From: Candidatus Krumholzibacteriia bacterium
GTDB taxonomy: Bacteria > Krumholzibacteriota > Krumholzibacteriia > WVZY01
Length of the DNA: 20,577 bases
Assembly (NCBI GenBank): GCA_036478295.1
Contig: JAZGDW010000146.1
Span: 1 to 20,577, forward strand
Direction: 5' to 3'
Under the pieces are notes generated by a model. That model saw only the letters and a program-made list of their open reading frames with translations, was not told the origin of the DNA and did not search any database. Numbering within the stretch: position 1 is the stretch's first letter; the number at the start of each line of letters is the position of its first letter. A program made the translations under genes and the position numbers. Positions 1 through 8,663 of the stretch are shown one piece after another.

Positions 1-161
1 GAGGACCCAGCCGCCCGCTCGATGAGCACCTGTTCCTTGGCCAACCGCACGGTATAGGTCAGATCCGAGGCCAGAGAAACGTGGGGCGAAAAAAGAAGCG
101 GTGCCAATCCAGCCAGGAACAACCCAAACCCGGCCGGAATCGATGCGAGCTTGCGAACCAT
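1..161 (-). CDS. Secreted protein, N-terminal fragment (runs off window edge; not in ORF track)
   Basis: ATG at 161 preceded by AAGGAGG (166-172). The frame is open to the edge: MVRKLASIPAGFGLFLAGLAPLLFSPHVSLA-SDLTYTVRLAKEQVLIERAAG, a basic/hydrophobic/SLA signal peptide pattern. Confidence 0.75.
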   Translation of the reverse strand, partial: MVRKLASIPAGFGLFLAGLAPLLFSPHVSLASDLTYTVRLAKEQVLIERAAGS

Positions 162-304
162 TGGTCCTCCTTACAAAAGATGACGAAACGGACAGACCGC
201 TTTCGTGGGCAGTTCCAAGTCTTTGAACTTCTTATGGACGAAACGTGAGCGGCACAAGAGTTGGTGGCAGTGGGCAGCAAGAACTCCTTGGGACCAGCAG
301 GAAC

Positions 305-344
305 CGGATTGGTCAACACACCTAACGGATTAGTCAAAACACCT
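305..344. repeat. Tandem 19-bp direct repeat, 21-bp period
   Basis: CGGATTGGTCAACACACCT (305-323) and CGGATTAGTCAAAACACCT (326-344), 17/19 identical. Confidence 0.8.
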
Positions 345-355
345 GATGAACGCTC

Positions 356-384
356 ATTATAGGCGATTTCAGGGGGAAAGTCAA
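356..384 (-). promoter_or_regulatory. Sigma70-type promoter
   Basis: Minus strand reads TTGACT (384-379), 17 bp, TATAAT (361-356), pointing at the CDS starting at 161. Confidence 0.8.
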
Positions 385-500
385 GGCCGTAACCTGCTTA
401 GGAATGCGACCCCAGGGCATTTTGGGCCGGCGGGGAACCAGCAATCGCGTAGGGCTCACGGAGGGTGACGTGATTGTGAGCGGAGGCCGGCTAATACGTA

Positions 501-522
501 TTCTTGTCCGACACGGCAAGAA
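501..522 (-). terminator. Possible hairpin downstream of the YyaL-like gene
   Basis: Imperfect inverted repeat TTCTTG(T)CCG-ACA-CGGCAAGAA about 40 bp past the stop codon. No good U-tract. Confidence 0.3.
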
Positions 523-563
523 ACCCTCGTAGTTCTAAACCCATGGACATTGGACTTCCTTTC

Positions 564-2900
564 TTAGTAATCACGCACTTTCCGGATCTGCCGGGCAAAG
601 ACCCGTGGATCAGAGGTGGGAAGCTCACAGACCCCAGCTTCACACACGTAGGCCATCGGTTTTTTCCCCTGGGTAATCTTGCCCTCGACAAGGGGTATGA
701 GTTTCGCCTGGGACTTCAAATCGTCTCCCTCGACAACCACCGCCAGGACACGGTTGGGAACAAACGCGGCGCGCAGCTCCGCGAGAAGAGGTTCTGCCTC
801 CTGCCTCGAGGTGGGCGTTACAATCACGATCTCCAAAGGAGAGTCGAGGTAAAAGTCAAGGGCGAGCAGCATCTCGGCCAATGCAGCCGGGGACTTCGAT
901 AAGCTTTTACCGAACGCACGGAACGTTCGTTCGGCACGCACCCGGTATCGATCATCGGTGGTGAACTCGAGTAGTCGGAGAAGGTTCATGGCCGCGATCG
1001 AGTTCCCCGACGGCTCGGCTCCGTCGATGGCCGGTTTCTCTCGCGCCAGGAGTTTTTCGTGGTCGTCACTGACCATAAAGTAGCCGCCACTTTTGTCGTC
1101 CTCATAGAATTTTTCCAGGATCGTATCCAGGGCGATGGCCTCCTTTAGCCAGCGTGTATTGCTCGTGGCCTCGTAGAGGTCAAGGAGCCCGGCAATAACA
1201 AATGCGTAATCATCCAGGTAGGCGTTGTGCCGGGCCTGTCCGTTCTTGTAACTGCGCAGCAGGCGCCCACCCTTGCGCATGTGGGTGAGCACGAAGTCGG
1301 CCGCCCGCTCGGCGCGTTTTGCATAGTCCTCCTCACCGAGAACGAGCGCCCCACGCGCGTAGGCCGACATCATCAGGCCGTTCCACGAGGCCAGAATCTT
1401 CTCGTCTCGACCCGGAGCCGGGCGTTTGGCACGAGCGGCATAGAGCAAATCCTTCGAATCCCGAATGACTGAGCGCACTCGCTCGGGGTCGACCCCAAGC
1501 TCTTTCGCAACTTCGGCAAGCGGGCGAGGCGTATGCAGGATGTTGCTGCCTTCGAAGTTCCCACGCTCGGTGACGGCATAGTACGCCTCAACGATTCGTG
1601 CCCGTTCCGCACCCATGACCGCCCTGATCTCATCGGGCGTCCACGTAAAGAACCATCCTTCCTCCTTGTGACCGCTCGGAGTAGGGCTGTCGGCGTCGGT
1701 CGCCGAGTAGAAGGCGCCATCGGGTGAGGTCATGTCGCGGCCGACGTAACGCAAGATCTCTCGGGCGACGCGGGCGAAGTCCTCCCGACCGGTTACCTGG
1801 TAGCCCTCCAGATAGCCCATCACAAGGAGCGCGTTGTCGTAGAGCATCTTCTCAAAGTGCGGGACCAGCCAGCGCTTATCGGTGGAGTAGCGGTGGAAGC
1901 CGCCGCCGACATGGTCGTACATACCTCCCGCCGCCATCTTCTCGAGAGTGAGCGTCGCCATGTGGAGGGCCTGCTCGTCCCCAGTTCGACGGTGATACCG
2001 CAGCAGGAGGCGAATCGACAGGCTGCTCGGGAACTTGCGGGCACCGCTGATGCCTCCGTATCTCTGGTCGAAGCGCTTCTCGGAGTACTGGACCGCGTCC
2101 TTGAGCGCCTTCGCGCCGACGACGCCTTGACTGGGGGATTTTGCAGCGAGGTTAGCCCGGATCCCCTGGATGATCTGGGCGCTAGTCTGAGTGACTCGAC
2201 CCGGCTGTTCGTCGTACACCTTCTTGAGTCCACGCAGCAGGGTTAAGAAACCTGTGGCCGCACCTCGGTCTCCGTCGCGGGCGGGAAAGTAGGTTCCGCC
2301 GTGAAAGGGCTCACGAGCGGGCGTTAGCCAAACGGTCATCGGCCACCCCCCGCGGCCAGTCAGCAATTGAACCGCGTTCATGTAGATGGCGTCGACATCG
2401 GGCCGCTCTTCCCGGTCGACCTTTATTGCGATGTAGTACTTGTTGAGGTACGTCGCGATCTCCTCGTCCTCAAAGGATTCCTCCTCCATCACGTGACACC
2501 AGTGGCAGGTCGAGTACCCTATTGACAATAGCAGCGGGCGACCCAACTCCCGCGCGGTGTCAAACGCCTCATCACCCCACGGGTACCAGTTCACTGGATT
2601 GTGGGCGTGTTGTTGCAGATACGGACTCGACTCCAGGAAGAGCCGGTTCGTGTATTTGGGAGAGCCGTCCGGGTTAAGGTGCCGCGTCCGCGGTTCGTAT
2701 TGCGCGGGTCGCGAGGCCCAGGCGGCATTGAGCGTTGCCACCAACTCGGAGCTGTAGCCTGGAGCCCCCGGCAACAACCCACCGCTGGCCGGCCCCGACC
2801 CCTTGGTGTTAGCCGATCCCGACTCCTTGGTACTGGAGGAGTCACACGCCGTCCAAACAAGCACAAGGGCTACGATGATCGCGTAAGTTTTTCGTTGCAA
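564..2900 (-). CDS. Thioredoxin-domain protein of the YyaL/SPATA20 (DUF255 + alpha/alpha barrel) family, predicted lipoprotein
   Basis: Family motifs [73 protein letters not shown] and [15 protein letters not shown] start, then basic residues, a hydrophobic stretch and lipobox WTA-C19. Confidence 0.92.
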   Translation of the reverse strand: MQRKTYAIIVALVLVWTACDSSSTKESGSANTKGSGPASGGLLPGAPGYSSELVATLNAAWASRPAQYEPRTRHLNPDGSPKYTNRLFLESSPYLQQHAHNPVNWYPWGDEAFDTARELGRPLLLSIGYSTCHWCHVMEEESFEDEEIATYLNKYYIAIKVDREERPDVDAIYMNAVQLLTGRGGWPMTVWLTPAREPFHGGTYFPARDGDRGAATGFLTLLRGLKKVYDEQPGRVTQTSAQIIQGIRANLAAKSPSQGVVGAKALKDAVQYSEKRFDQRYGGISGARKFPSSLSIRLLLRYHRRTGDEQALHMATLTLEKMAAGGMYDHVGGGFHRYSTDKRWLVPHFEKMLYDNALLVMGYLEGYQVTGREDFARVAREILRYVGRDMTSPDGAFYSATDADSPTPSGHKEEGWFFTWTPDEIRAVMGAERARIVEAYYAVTERGNFEGSNILHTPRPLAEVAKELGVDPERVRSVIRDSKDLLYAARAKRPAPGRDEKILASWNGLMMSAYARGALVLGEEDYAKRAERAADFVLTHMRKGGRLLRSYKNGQARHNAYLDDYAFVIAGLLDLYEATSNTRWLKEAIALDTILEKFYEDDKSGGYFMVSDDHEKLLAREKPAIDGAEPSGNSIAAMNLLRLLEFTTDDRYRVRAERTFRAFGKSLSKSPAALAEMLLALDFYLDSPLEIVIVTPTSRQEAEPLLAELRAAFVPNRVLAVVVEGDDLKSQAKLIPLVEGKITQGKKPMAYVCEAGVCELPTSDPRVFARQIRKVRDY

Positions 2901-2991
2901 TATCTTTTCCCCAATCTCTTAGGTCTACCTGGGATCTTGCAGGTATCAATCGCGCCCGTTCCGCTGGGACGTGTTTAGAGGCCGACCGTTG

Positions 2992-3573
2992 CTACTGCGC
3001 ACCGAACCAGCTTGCGTCTAAACAACTCCTTAGTTTGCCTCTGGCCCGGTGAAGTATCACCCACAGGTTCGTTGAGGTTATATCAAGTATCTTACATATT
3101 TCATCGCCCTTTATACCGTCGATCTCTCGCAAGGAGAATGCTCGCCGGTGCGCCTCCGGAAGCGAATCGAGGGATTTCACGAGCACATTCCAGAACTCTT
3201 TATTTTCTAGTAGCTTATCTGGACCCCCCAGCCAGGCCGACATGTGGGGGTTCGGCGCGCCGCAGCGATCGAGACGGTCCGCCTCGGTCTCATTCTCGTA
3301 CATGGTCAGGTCTCCGGCCAGGACCTCGGATTTACCCTTTCGAAAGTGGTCGATGATTTTGTGCTTGAGGATTCCGACCAACCAGGTCCGTAATGCCGAC
3401 CTGCTTTTGAAGCGATCGATCGCCTTGAGCGCTGAGAGAAACGTCTCCTGAACGAGGTCCTCGGCCACCTCCGGGGTCTTCACGCGAAGTAACGCAAACC
3501 GAAACAGCGCGTCACCGTGTTCGCCCACCCACTGGGTCGGGTTGTGTTTCTTGTTATCGACGGGCTCACTCAC
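2992..3573 (-). CDS. ECF sigma-70 factor (resembles TIGR02943-type)
   Basis: Region 2 AEDLVQETFLSAL...RTWLVGILKHKIIDHFRK and region 4 LPEAHRRAFSLREIDG...EICKILDITSTNLWVILHRAR. GTG at 3573 after GAGGT is preferred over the ORF-track start at 3618. Confidence 0.92.
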   Translation of the reverse strand: MSEPVDNKKHNPTQWVGEHGDALFRFALLRVKTPEVAEDLVQETFLSALKAIDRFKSRSALRTWLVGILKHKIIDHFRKGKSEVLAGDLTMYENETEADRLDRCGAPNPHMSAWLGGPDKLLENKEFWNVLVKSLDSLPEAHRRAFSLREIDGIKGDEICKILDITSTNLWVILHRARGKLRSCLDASWFGAQ

Positions 3574-3638
3574 AATGCTATCTACCTCATCCTTGGTTGA
3601 ACGTGGAACTCCACCCAATGTGGCGCCGGAGCAGCTGG

Positions 3639-4055
3639 CTACAAAGTGTCTGTCTGCCCCGAATCCGCCAGCGACTGGCCAGGTAGCGCATCGTGCCAGT
3701 GCCCGTGCTCAGGCGACCACACCTTGCCCGGCGGCGCTGCCCCCTGCGGTCGAGGAGTGAATGCTTGACCTAACCCCGGCAACGGCTGACCCGGTGAGGC
3801 ATCGTGGTAGTGCCCATGCTCGGGCGACCACACCTTGCCCGGCGGCGCGGGACCAGGCGGTCGTGAAAAACTGCTTTGAGCCACATCGCTGGAGAATAAG
3901 GCTCTGCCTATCCAGGCACCGCCGACCAGGATAACCACCCCCACTATTAGTACTAGCGACTTATGGCGGCTCATCAGGCTGGTCTTGACTTCACAGCAGT
4001 GCTTGTACTTTTTCCCGCTCCCGCACGGGCAAGGGTCGTTTCTTCCAGGTTTCAT
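3639..4055 (-). CDS. SEC-C motif membrane protein with two [12 protein letters not shown](Y/W)HDA repeats
   Basis: ATG at 4055 after AGGAG. N-terminal [18 protein letters not shown], one hydrophobic helix ([17 protein letters not shown]), then a Pro-rich tail with a duplicated His motif. Confidence 0.88.
   Translation of the reverse strand: MKPGRNDPCPCGSGKKYKHCCEVKTSLMSRHKSLVLIVGVVILVGGAWIGRALFSSDVAQSSFSRPPGPAPPGKVWSPEHGHYHDASPGQPLPGLGQAFTPRPQGAAPPGKVWSPEHGHWHDALPGQSLADSGQTDTL
3688..3848 (-). repeat. Intragenic ~50-bp direct repeat, 111-bp period
   Basis: 3688-3737 and 3799-3848 are near-identical, each encoding [17 protein letters not shown]. Confidence 0.9.
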
Positions 4056-4122
4056 GATGGTTGCTCCTAAACAGCCGGCCCTTCCCTCCACGATACTGTA
4101 GACCGCCTATGACGCCGTAAGT

Positions 4123-4150
4123 AACGATCCCAAAACCTCGTGGTCTTCCC
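4123..4150 (-). promoter_or_regulatory. Candidate ECF promoter upstream of the SEC-C gene
   Basis: GGGAAGA-N17-CGTT, the same geometry as the motif upstream of the ECF gene at 6226. Confidence 0.4.
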
Positions 4151-4185
4151 AAGAATGGGTAGCGCCGGGCCACCGACTTCCGGGT

Positions 4186-4647
4186 TCAGCTCTTGACTTT
4201 CTTCCAGATCCCGTCTACTTCCTTCCAGCCGTAACGTGGCTTCCCAGATTTCTTGTGCACTGTGACCTCGGTAGTCTCAATCCCCTCGTCGGTCTGCTTC
4301 ATGAAGAAGTCCAGATCGTACACCGTCCCATCGGCCGCTTTCATGTCGGCGCATGCGAAGTACACGCCATCGTCAGCTGTCGCGTGCAGGGACTGGTGCA
4401 CCTCAAGTAGCTGGAGCTGAAGAGGCTTCTTGTCCACCGTGTCGTAGACGAGGAAGTATCCACCTTTGAGCTTCGAATCCTCGTCGATGTACCCGGTAAT
4501 CGCTTTCACAAGCGCCTCTACTGTTGTCTCCACCGACGCCTTGTCGTCCTCTTGAGCCGGGGCCGTCTGTGGCGAGAAAAACAGAATCGCCAAGATACCT
4601 GCGCCCAGAGCAGTTTCACGAACCACTCGATTTGAAAATCTGACCAT
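4186..4647 (-). CDS. Secreted hypothetical protein
   Basis: ATG at 4647 after AAGGAG; signal peptide ending APA-Q. The mature domain has YFACADM, YDLDFFM and VHKKSGKPRYGW. The ORF-track extension to 4863 overlaps the anti-sigma gene and is rejected. Confidence 0.82.
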   Translation of the reverse strand: MVRFSNRVVRETALGAGILAILFFSPQTAPAQEDDKASVETTVEALVKAITGYIDEDSKLKGGYFLVYDTVDKKPLQLQLLEVHQSLHATADDGVYFACADMKAADGTVYDLDFFMKQTDEGIETTEVTVHKKSGKPRYGWKEVDGIWKKVKS

Positions 4648-4733
4648 TAGTCTGCACTCCTTTTTTTGAAAACGTTCTTGTCCAGAGTCCGCTCCTGGTT
4701 CCCACAGCTCATGGATATTGGTTCCCCCCTTGC

Positions 4734-5552
4734 CTATTCCTCGTAGGCCCCAGAAACCAGCTTCACCAGCCCATCGTTTCGGTCGCCCCCAACCAGGGCA
4801 TACAGCAGCCCTTCCCGTCTCCAGGAAAGAACCTTGTACCCCTTGTAGTTCTCCGTCGCGCACTCCGCGTGCGCGAGGTCGACCAGCACCATGCCGTGGA
4901 AGTCCAGACCACTAGCATCCATTACAAAGAGCGACAGCGTCTGTTCACCTCGACCGTAGAACAAGAGCGCCACCCGGCGATCGAGGACATAACAAAGCCG
5001 ACCGCCCCGGAGGACAAGGGCTTGCGCATCGAACCGGGGTAGGGTAACCGCGATGTCGAGGTGCCTGGTGAACCACTGCTCGGCCTCTCGGCGGTTCGAA
5101 GAAACGAACTCGGCCGGTTCATTAGAAGAAAGGTACCGGATGTGATCGTCCACCAACTCTATCGTTAGCCGCGAGGTCGCCTTCTTCCCCTCACCTGGAC
5201 CTTTAAGTTGTTCTATGGTCGTGAATACGCCGAGCGCGACGACGATGACCACCCCTGCAATCATCCCGGTGACCTGCCGTCGGGAGAGCACAATAGTCCT
5301 CCTACCCGATCTACGCTCGGAGCCTCTCGCCACTTTCCTGACGTCCCTGCAGATGAGCTCCGCTAAACCCGGCGGCGACGGTCCTGAACGAACCTTTGTC
5401 CGGATGGCAAACTTGAGCTCTCGCTCAGCCTCCACGCGGGCGTTGCACGAGGCGCACCGGGTGCAGTGCTTCTGCAACCCCTTCGCGTCGGCTTCATTCA
5501 ACTCACCATCCATGTAGTCGCGGATCATGGAAAGAACGTCACGGCAATTCAT
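4734..5552 (-). CDS. Transmembrane anti-sigma factor with zf-HC2 (ZAS) domain
   Basis: MNC...DYMDGEL...HCTRCASC (HxxxCxxC), a TM helix, then an extracytoplasmic domain with LRGGRLC...ALLFY...LSLFV. ATGA overlap with the sigma stop codon. Confidence 0.92.
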   Translation of the reverse strand: MNCRDVLSMIRDYMDGELNEADAKGLQKHCTRCASCNARVEAERELKFAIRTKVRSGPSPPGLAELICRDVRKVARGSERRSGRRTIVLSRRQVTGMIAGVVIVVALGVFTTIEQLKGPGEGKKATSRLTIELVDDHIRYLSSNEPAEFVSSNRREAEQWFTRHLDIAVTLPRFDAQALVLRGGRLCYVLDRRVALLFYGRGEQTLSLFVMDASGLDFHGMVLVDLAHAECATENYKGYKVLSWRREGLLYALVGGDRNDGLVKLVSGAYEE

Positions 5553-6226
5553 GGCTTCGCCTCCCGGAGGTATCCGGTCTTTTGGGCATAGTCTCGGAGA
5601 AGATCCTGCAGCACCGCACGCCCCCGGTGAATTCTCGACCGAACGGTACCGACCGGGCAGTCGAGGACCTCCGCGATCTCCTGGTAGCTGAGCCCCTCAA
5701 CGTCACAGAGCACCACGGCAAGCTGGAATTCCTTAGGCAGCTGATGCATCAGCCGCGTGATCTCGTCCCCGAAGAGATCATAAAACACCTCTTTGTTTTC
5801 GAGATCTACAGCCCTTGGTGGTGGCACCAGTTCCTCCGGCTCTTCGCCGGGGCGCAGCAGATGCAGCGGAACGATTTCTGGACGAGAGGCAATGGATCGC
5901 ATCGAGTCTAGAAAGGCGTTGTGTAAGATTTTCAGAATCCATGCTTTGAAGTTGGTTCCAGCCTCGAACCGGTCAAAGGCACGATAAGCTTTGCCAAAGG
6001 CAACTTGTGTCAAGTCTTCCGCCTCCTCACGATCCTTGCACCACGCAGCGGCGACCTGGAAGACCACGTCGACATGGCGGACCACCAGGTCTTCGAAGAG
6101 CGAATCACGCTCACCACGGTCGGGCTTTGTCACGCCAGACCCCGCCGAAACTGTATCGCGATCGGATCCAAAACACTCCAGGCCAGATTCGAAGACATTG
6201 TTACTCTGAGGCAACCGACGCGGCAT
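5549..6226 (-). CDS. ECF sigma-70 factor, SigH/SigR-like
   Basis: EAEDLTQ...KAYRAFDRFEAGTNFKAWILKIL and LCDVEGLSYQEIAEVLDCPVGTVRSRIHRGR. Translationally coupled to the anti-sigma. The start could be a later GTG. Confidence 0.93.
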   Translation of the reverse strand: MPRRLPQSNNVFESGLECFGSDRDTVSAGSGVTKPDRGERDSLFEDLVVRHVDVVFQVAAAWCKDREEAEDLTQVAFGKAYRAFDRFEAGTNFKAWILKILHNAFLDSMRSIASRPEIVPLHLLRPGEEPEELVPPPRAVDLENKEVFYDLFGDEITRLMHQLPKEFQLAVVLCDVEGLSYQEIAEVLDCPVGTVRSRIHRGRAVLQDLLRDYAQKTGYLREAKP

Positions 6227-6250
6227 TTCGCTCAGACTGCCTTAACCATT

Positions 6251-6279
6251 AAACGTAGAGGGAGGGTAATTTAGTTCCC
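6251..6279 (-). promoter_or_regulatory. Putative autoregulatory ECF promoter
   Basis: GGGAACT-N17-CGTTT, 25 bp upstream of the sigma ATG. Matches the GGAA...GTT pattern of SigH/SigR-type promoters. Confidence 0.65.
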
Positions 6280-6685
6280 GTATTGAGCAGACAGCAGCCG
6301 TTCCCTGTGGGATTGGTGGTATCCAGACGTGGAGATCAGACACCTCGGCAACGTTGATATCACACCCGATGAGCAAGCAGACCGCTTGTACCACCCCACA
6401 TTAGGACCGGGCTCTCGGCTCGTCGTGTGCAAATTCCTTGAATGCTTACACAGACAGACGGCCGAAGCAATGACGAGGGCAGGGAGGCCGTGTTACCCGC
6501 GAGGGGCATCCGTTCCCACGCCAATGAAACTGGCTTCCCCGGAGGACTCAAAAGTAAGAAATTTCAGAGAAACGGGCGGTGATGACAAAAATGACTCCAG
6601 ATCGAATCGTGGCGATGCGCGTGTGAGTAAAGAAGCGATGCCGCGGGCACGCCACACGAATCCCAAATGACATGGAGAACAATCG

Positions 6686-8605
6686 CTACCTGAGTAGGAC
6701 CGTCTTCTTTGTCAGCATTGCAGGACCCGCACGCAATTGATAGAAGTAAACGCCGGACGCAAGCGGTCTCCCCGAATTGTCTCGTCCCTCCCACTCTACT
6801 TGATACGTCCCATAGGACATCGGTTGATCAACAAGCGTTCGCACGAGCTTGCCCATCGCGTTGTAAACGCGTATGTCCACAGCGTATTGACCGGACACTG
6901 AAAACCGAATCAGCGTCGACAGCCTGAAAGGATTTGGCAGGTTCTGAAGAAGAGCCGTCACGAGTACGGTCGGTCTCACAATAACCGGCGCAGACTGTAC
7001 CGTGGATCCGTCCTGGAGAACGACCACTAATGTATAGCTATATTCCACTCCCGACACTGAAACGTGATCGATAAAGTCACGCTGCCATTGTGGTAAGAGG
7101 CCGCCTGTGATCTCAACCGGCTCGTGAGCGCCCGAGCTTCGTCGAATGCTGAACCCGAGGACCGTGACTTCCGTCAGTACGTCCCAGTTGAGTTCAACAC
7201 GACCGTCGATCTCGTTGGCGGAAAAGTTGCGGATCAACACAGGTGTTGCGTTGAACGGAAGGATGGTTAAAAAGATATCGGAGAGCCCAGCGCTGGTGAG
7301 TTCACCATCGCCTAGGTCGACCCCCCCCTCAAAAGCGCCGACTATAGCCACATTTTCCGGAGCCAGCGTGACAATGTCAAAAGCAAAGTCATCATGAACA
7401 CCACCGAATCGCTGACTCCACAAGTGGACCCCCTCGGAATCGTACAGGGCGAAAAAGATATCTGCGGCGCCATCCGGCGTCAACGAATCGCTACTAGAAT
7501 CAGCGGTGGACTGAATGTTGCCGGTCACGACAACGTTCGCGTCGGCATCTACCGCCAGCGCCCAACCTGAGTCTCCACCGGGACCGCCAAGCCTCCTACT
7601 CCAAAGATGAGTTCCACTCGAATCATACTTCGCGACGAAGATATCCAACGCCCCGGCACTCACGAGCGTTGACCCGTCGAAGCTGACACGGTCACGAAAG
7701 TATCCGGTCACGAAAGCGTTTCCCGATTCATCAACTGCGAGCCCGTAACTGATGTCTCCGAGGGGGCCGCCGAATCCACGGCTCCAGAGGTGATTTCCCT
7801 GAGCATCGAATTTCACCAGAAAACCATCGTCTCCTCCAGCGTTGATTAAAAAGTTCCCTTCGACATCAAGGTCCCCACCGAACTGGCCGGTGACAAGAAC
7901 GTTGTTGAACCTGTCAAGTGCAATGCGGTGGGCACGGTCTTTGTGGGCACCACCGAATCGCTGACTAGTCACGTGATTCCCGGCTGCCGTAAGCTTTGCA
8001 ACGAAAACGTCTGTGTCGCCTGCCGCTGCGAGCGGCCCGCCGCCGAAATCCACGACACCTTCGAAAAATCCCGTCAGCCACACATCCCCCGCCGTATCGA
8101 CGGCGACGTCGTAACCAGCGTCAAGTCCTACGTCACCAAACAGGAGGCTCCACAGATAGTTGCCGTTTGCGTCGAGTTTCATCACAAAGATATCTACACC
8201 GCCCGCGGCCGTAAGCGGCCCACCGCCAAAGTCGATCGCGCCCACGACGCAACCAGTAACAAACACATTCCCATCCGCATCAATGCCAACGCTGCTGCCG
8301 CTGTCCAGGTTCGGCCCTCCAAATCGTCGGCTCCACAAGTGTCTGCCGTTGGCGGCGTACTTCGCCACGAATACGTCGCCGGACCCCACGCTGACGAGTG
8401 GTCCGCCGCCAAAATCCGTAGCGTTCGAAAACGTGCCTGTAATGATCATGTTTCCTGATAAATCAACAGCAATGCGGTAACCGCTGTCCGCCCCCGTCCC
8501 CCCGAATCGCTGGCTCCACGAGTTGGATTCAGCACTTGCCTGGCCTGTGTATGTGACCACGGTCAGGAAGGCAATCATCAGCCAGAGGCATTTTCTGCCC
8601 TGCAT
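6686..8605 (-). CDS. Secreted beta-propeller (SBBP-like repeat) protein with C-terminal FlgD-Ig/T9SS-like sorting domain
   Basis: AAGGAG RBS and signal peptide (ASA-E). Seven ~61-aa repeats WSxRFGG...AVD..GN...TG.F...D(I/V)FV.K. C-terminal QNLPNPF...IRVYNAMGKLVRTL...WEGRDNSGRPLASGVYFYQL...KKTVLLR. Confidence 0.9.
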   Translation of the reverse strand: MQGRKCLWLMIAFLTVVTYTGQASAESNSWSQRFGGTGADSGYRIAVDLSGNMIITGTFSNATDFGGGPLVSVGSGDVFVAKYAANGRHLWSRRFGGPNLDSGSSVGIDADGNVFVTGCVVGAIDFGGGPLTAAGGVDIFVMKLDANGNYLWSLLFGDVGLDAGYDVAVDTAGDVWLTGFFEGVVDFGGGPLAAAGDTDVFVAKLTAAGNHVTSQRFGGAHKDRAHRIALDRFNNVLVTGQFGGDLDVEGNFLINAGGDDGFLVKFDAQGNHLWSRGFGGPLGDISYGLAVDESGNAFVTGYFRDRVSFDGSTLVSAGALDIFVAKYDSSGTHLWSRRLGGPGGDSGWALAVDADANVVVTGNIQSTADSSSDSLTPDGAADIFFALYDSEGVHLWSQRFGGVHDDFAFDIVTLAPENVAIVGAFEGGVDLGDGELTSAGLSDIFLTILPFNATPVLIRNFSANEIDGRVELNWDVLTEVTVLGFSIRRSSGAHEPVEITGGLLPQWQRDFIDHVSVSGVEYSYTLVVVLQDGSTVQSAPVIVRPTVLVTALLQNLPNPFRLSTLIRFSVSGQYAVDIRVYNAMGKLVRTLVDQPMSYGTYQVEWEGRDNSGRPLASGVYFYQLRAGPAMLTKKTVLLR

Positions 8606-8663
8606 TATTCTCCTTCTTGTAAGCTACACCCTACAGGCGCATATTTTCTTGCAGTGAAGTGCG

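Noticed and set aside
162..310. Cobalamin or c-di-GMP riboswitch in the leader
   Set aside because: Only scattered short similarities; the conserved core elements were not found by eye.
305..344. CRISPR array
   Set aside because: Only two copies, 2 bp apart, with no spacers or cas genes.
6290..6685. Short ORFs or ncRNA in the 460-bp gap
   Set aside because: No RBS-supported coding signal, repeat or recognisable RNA motif.
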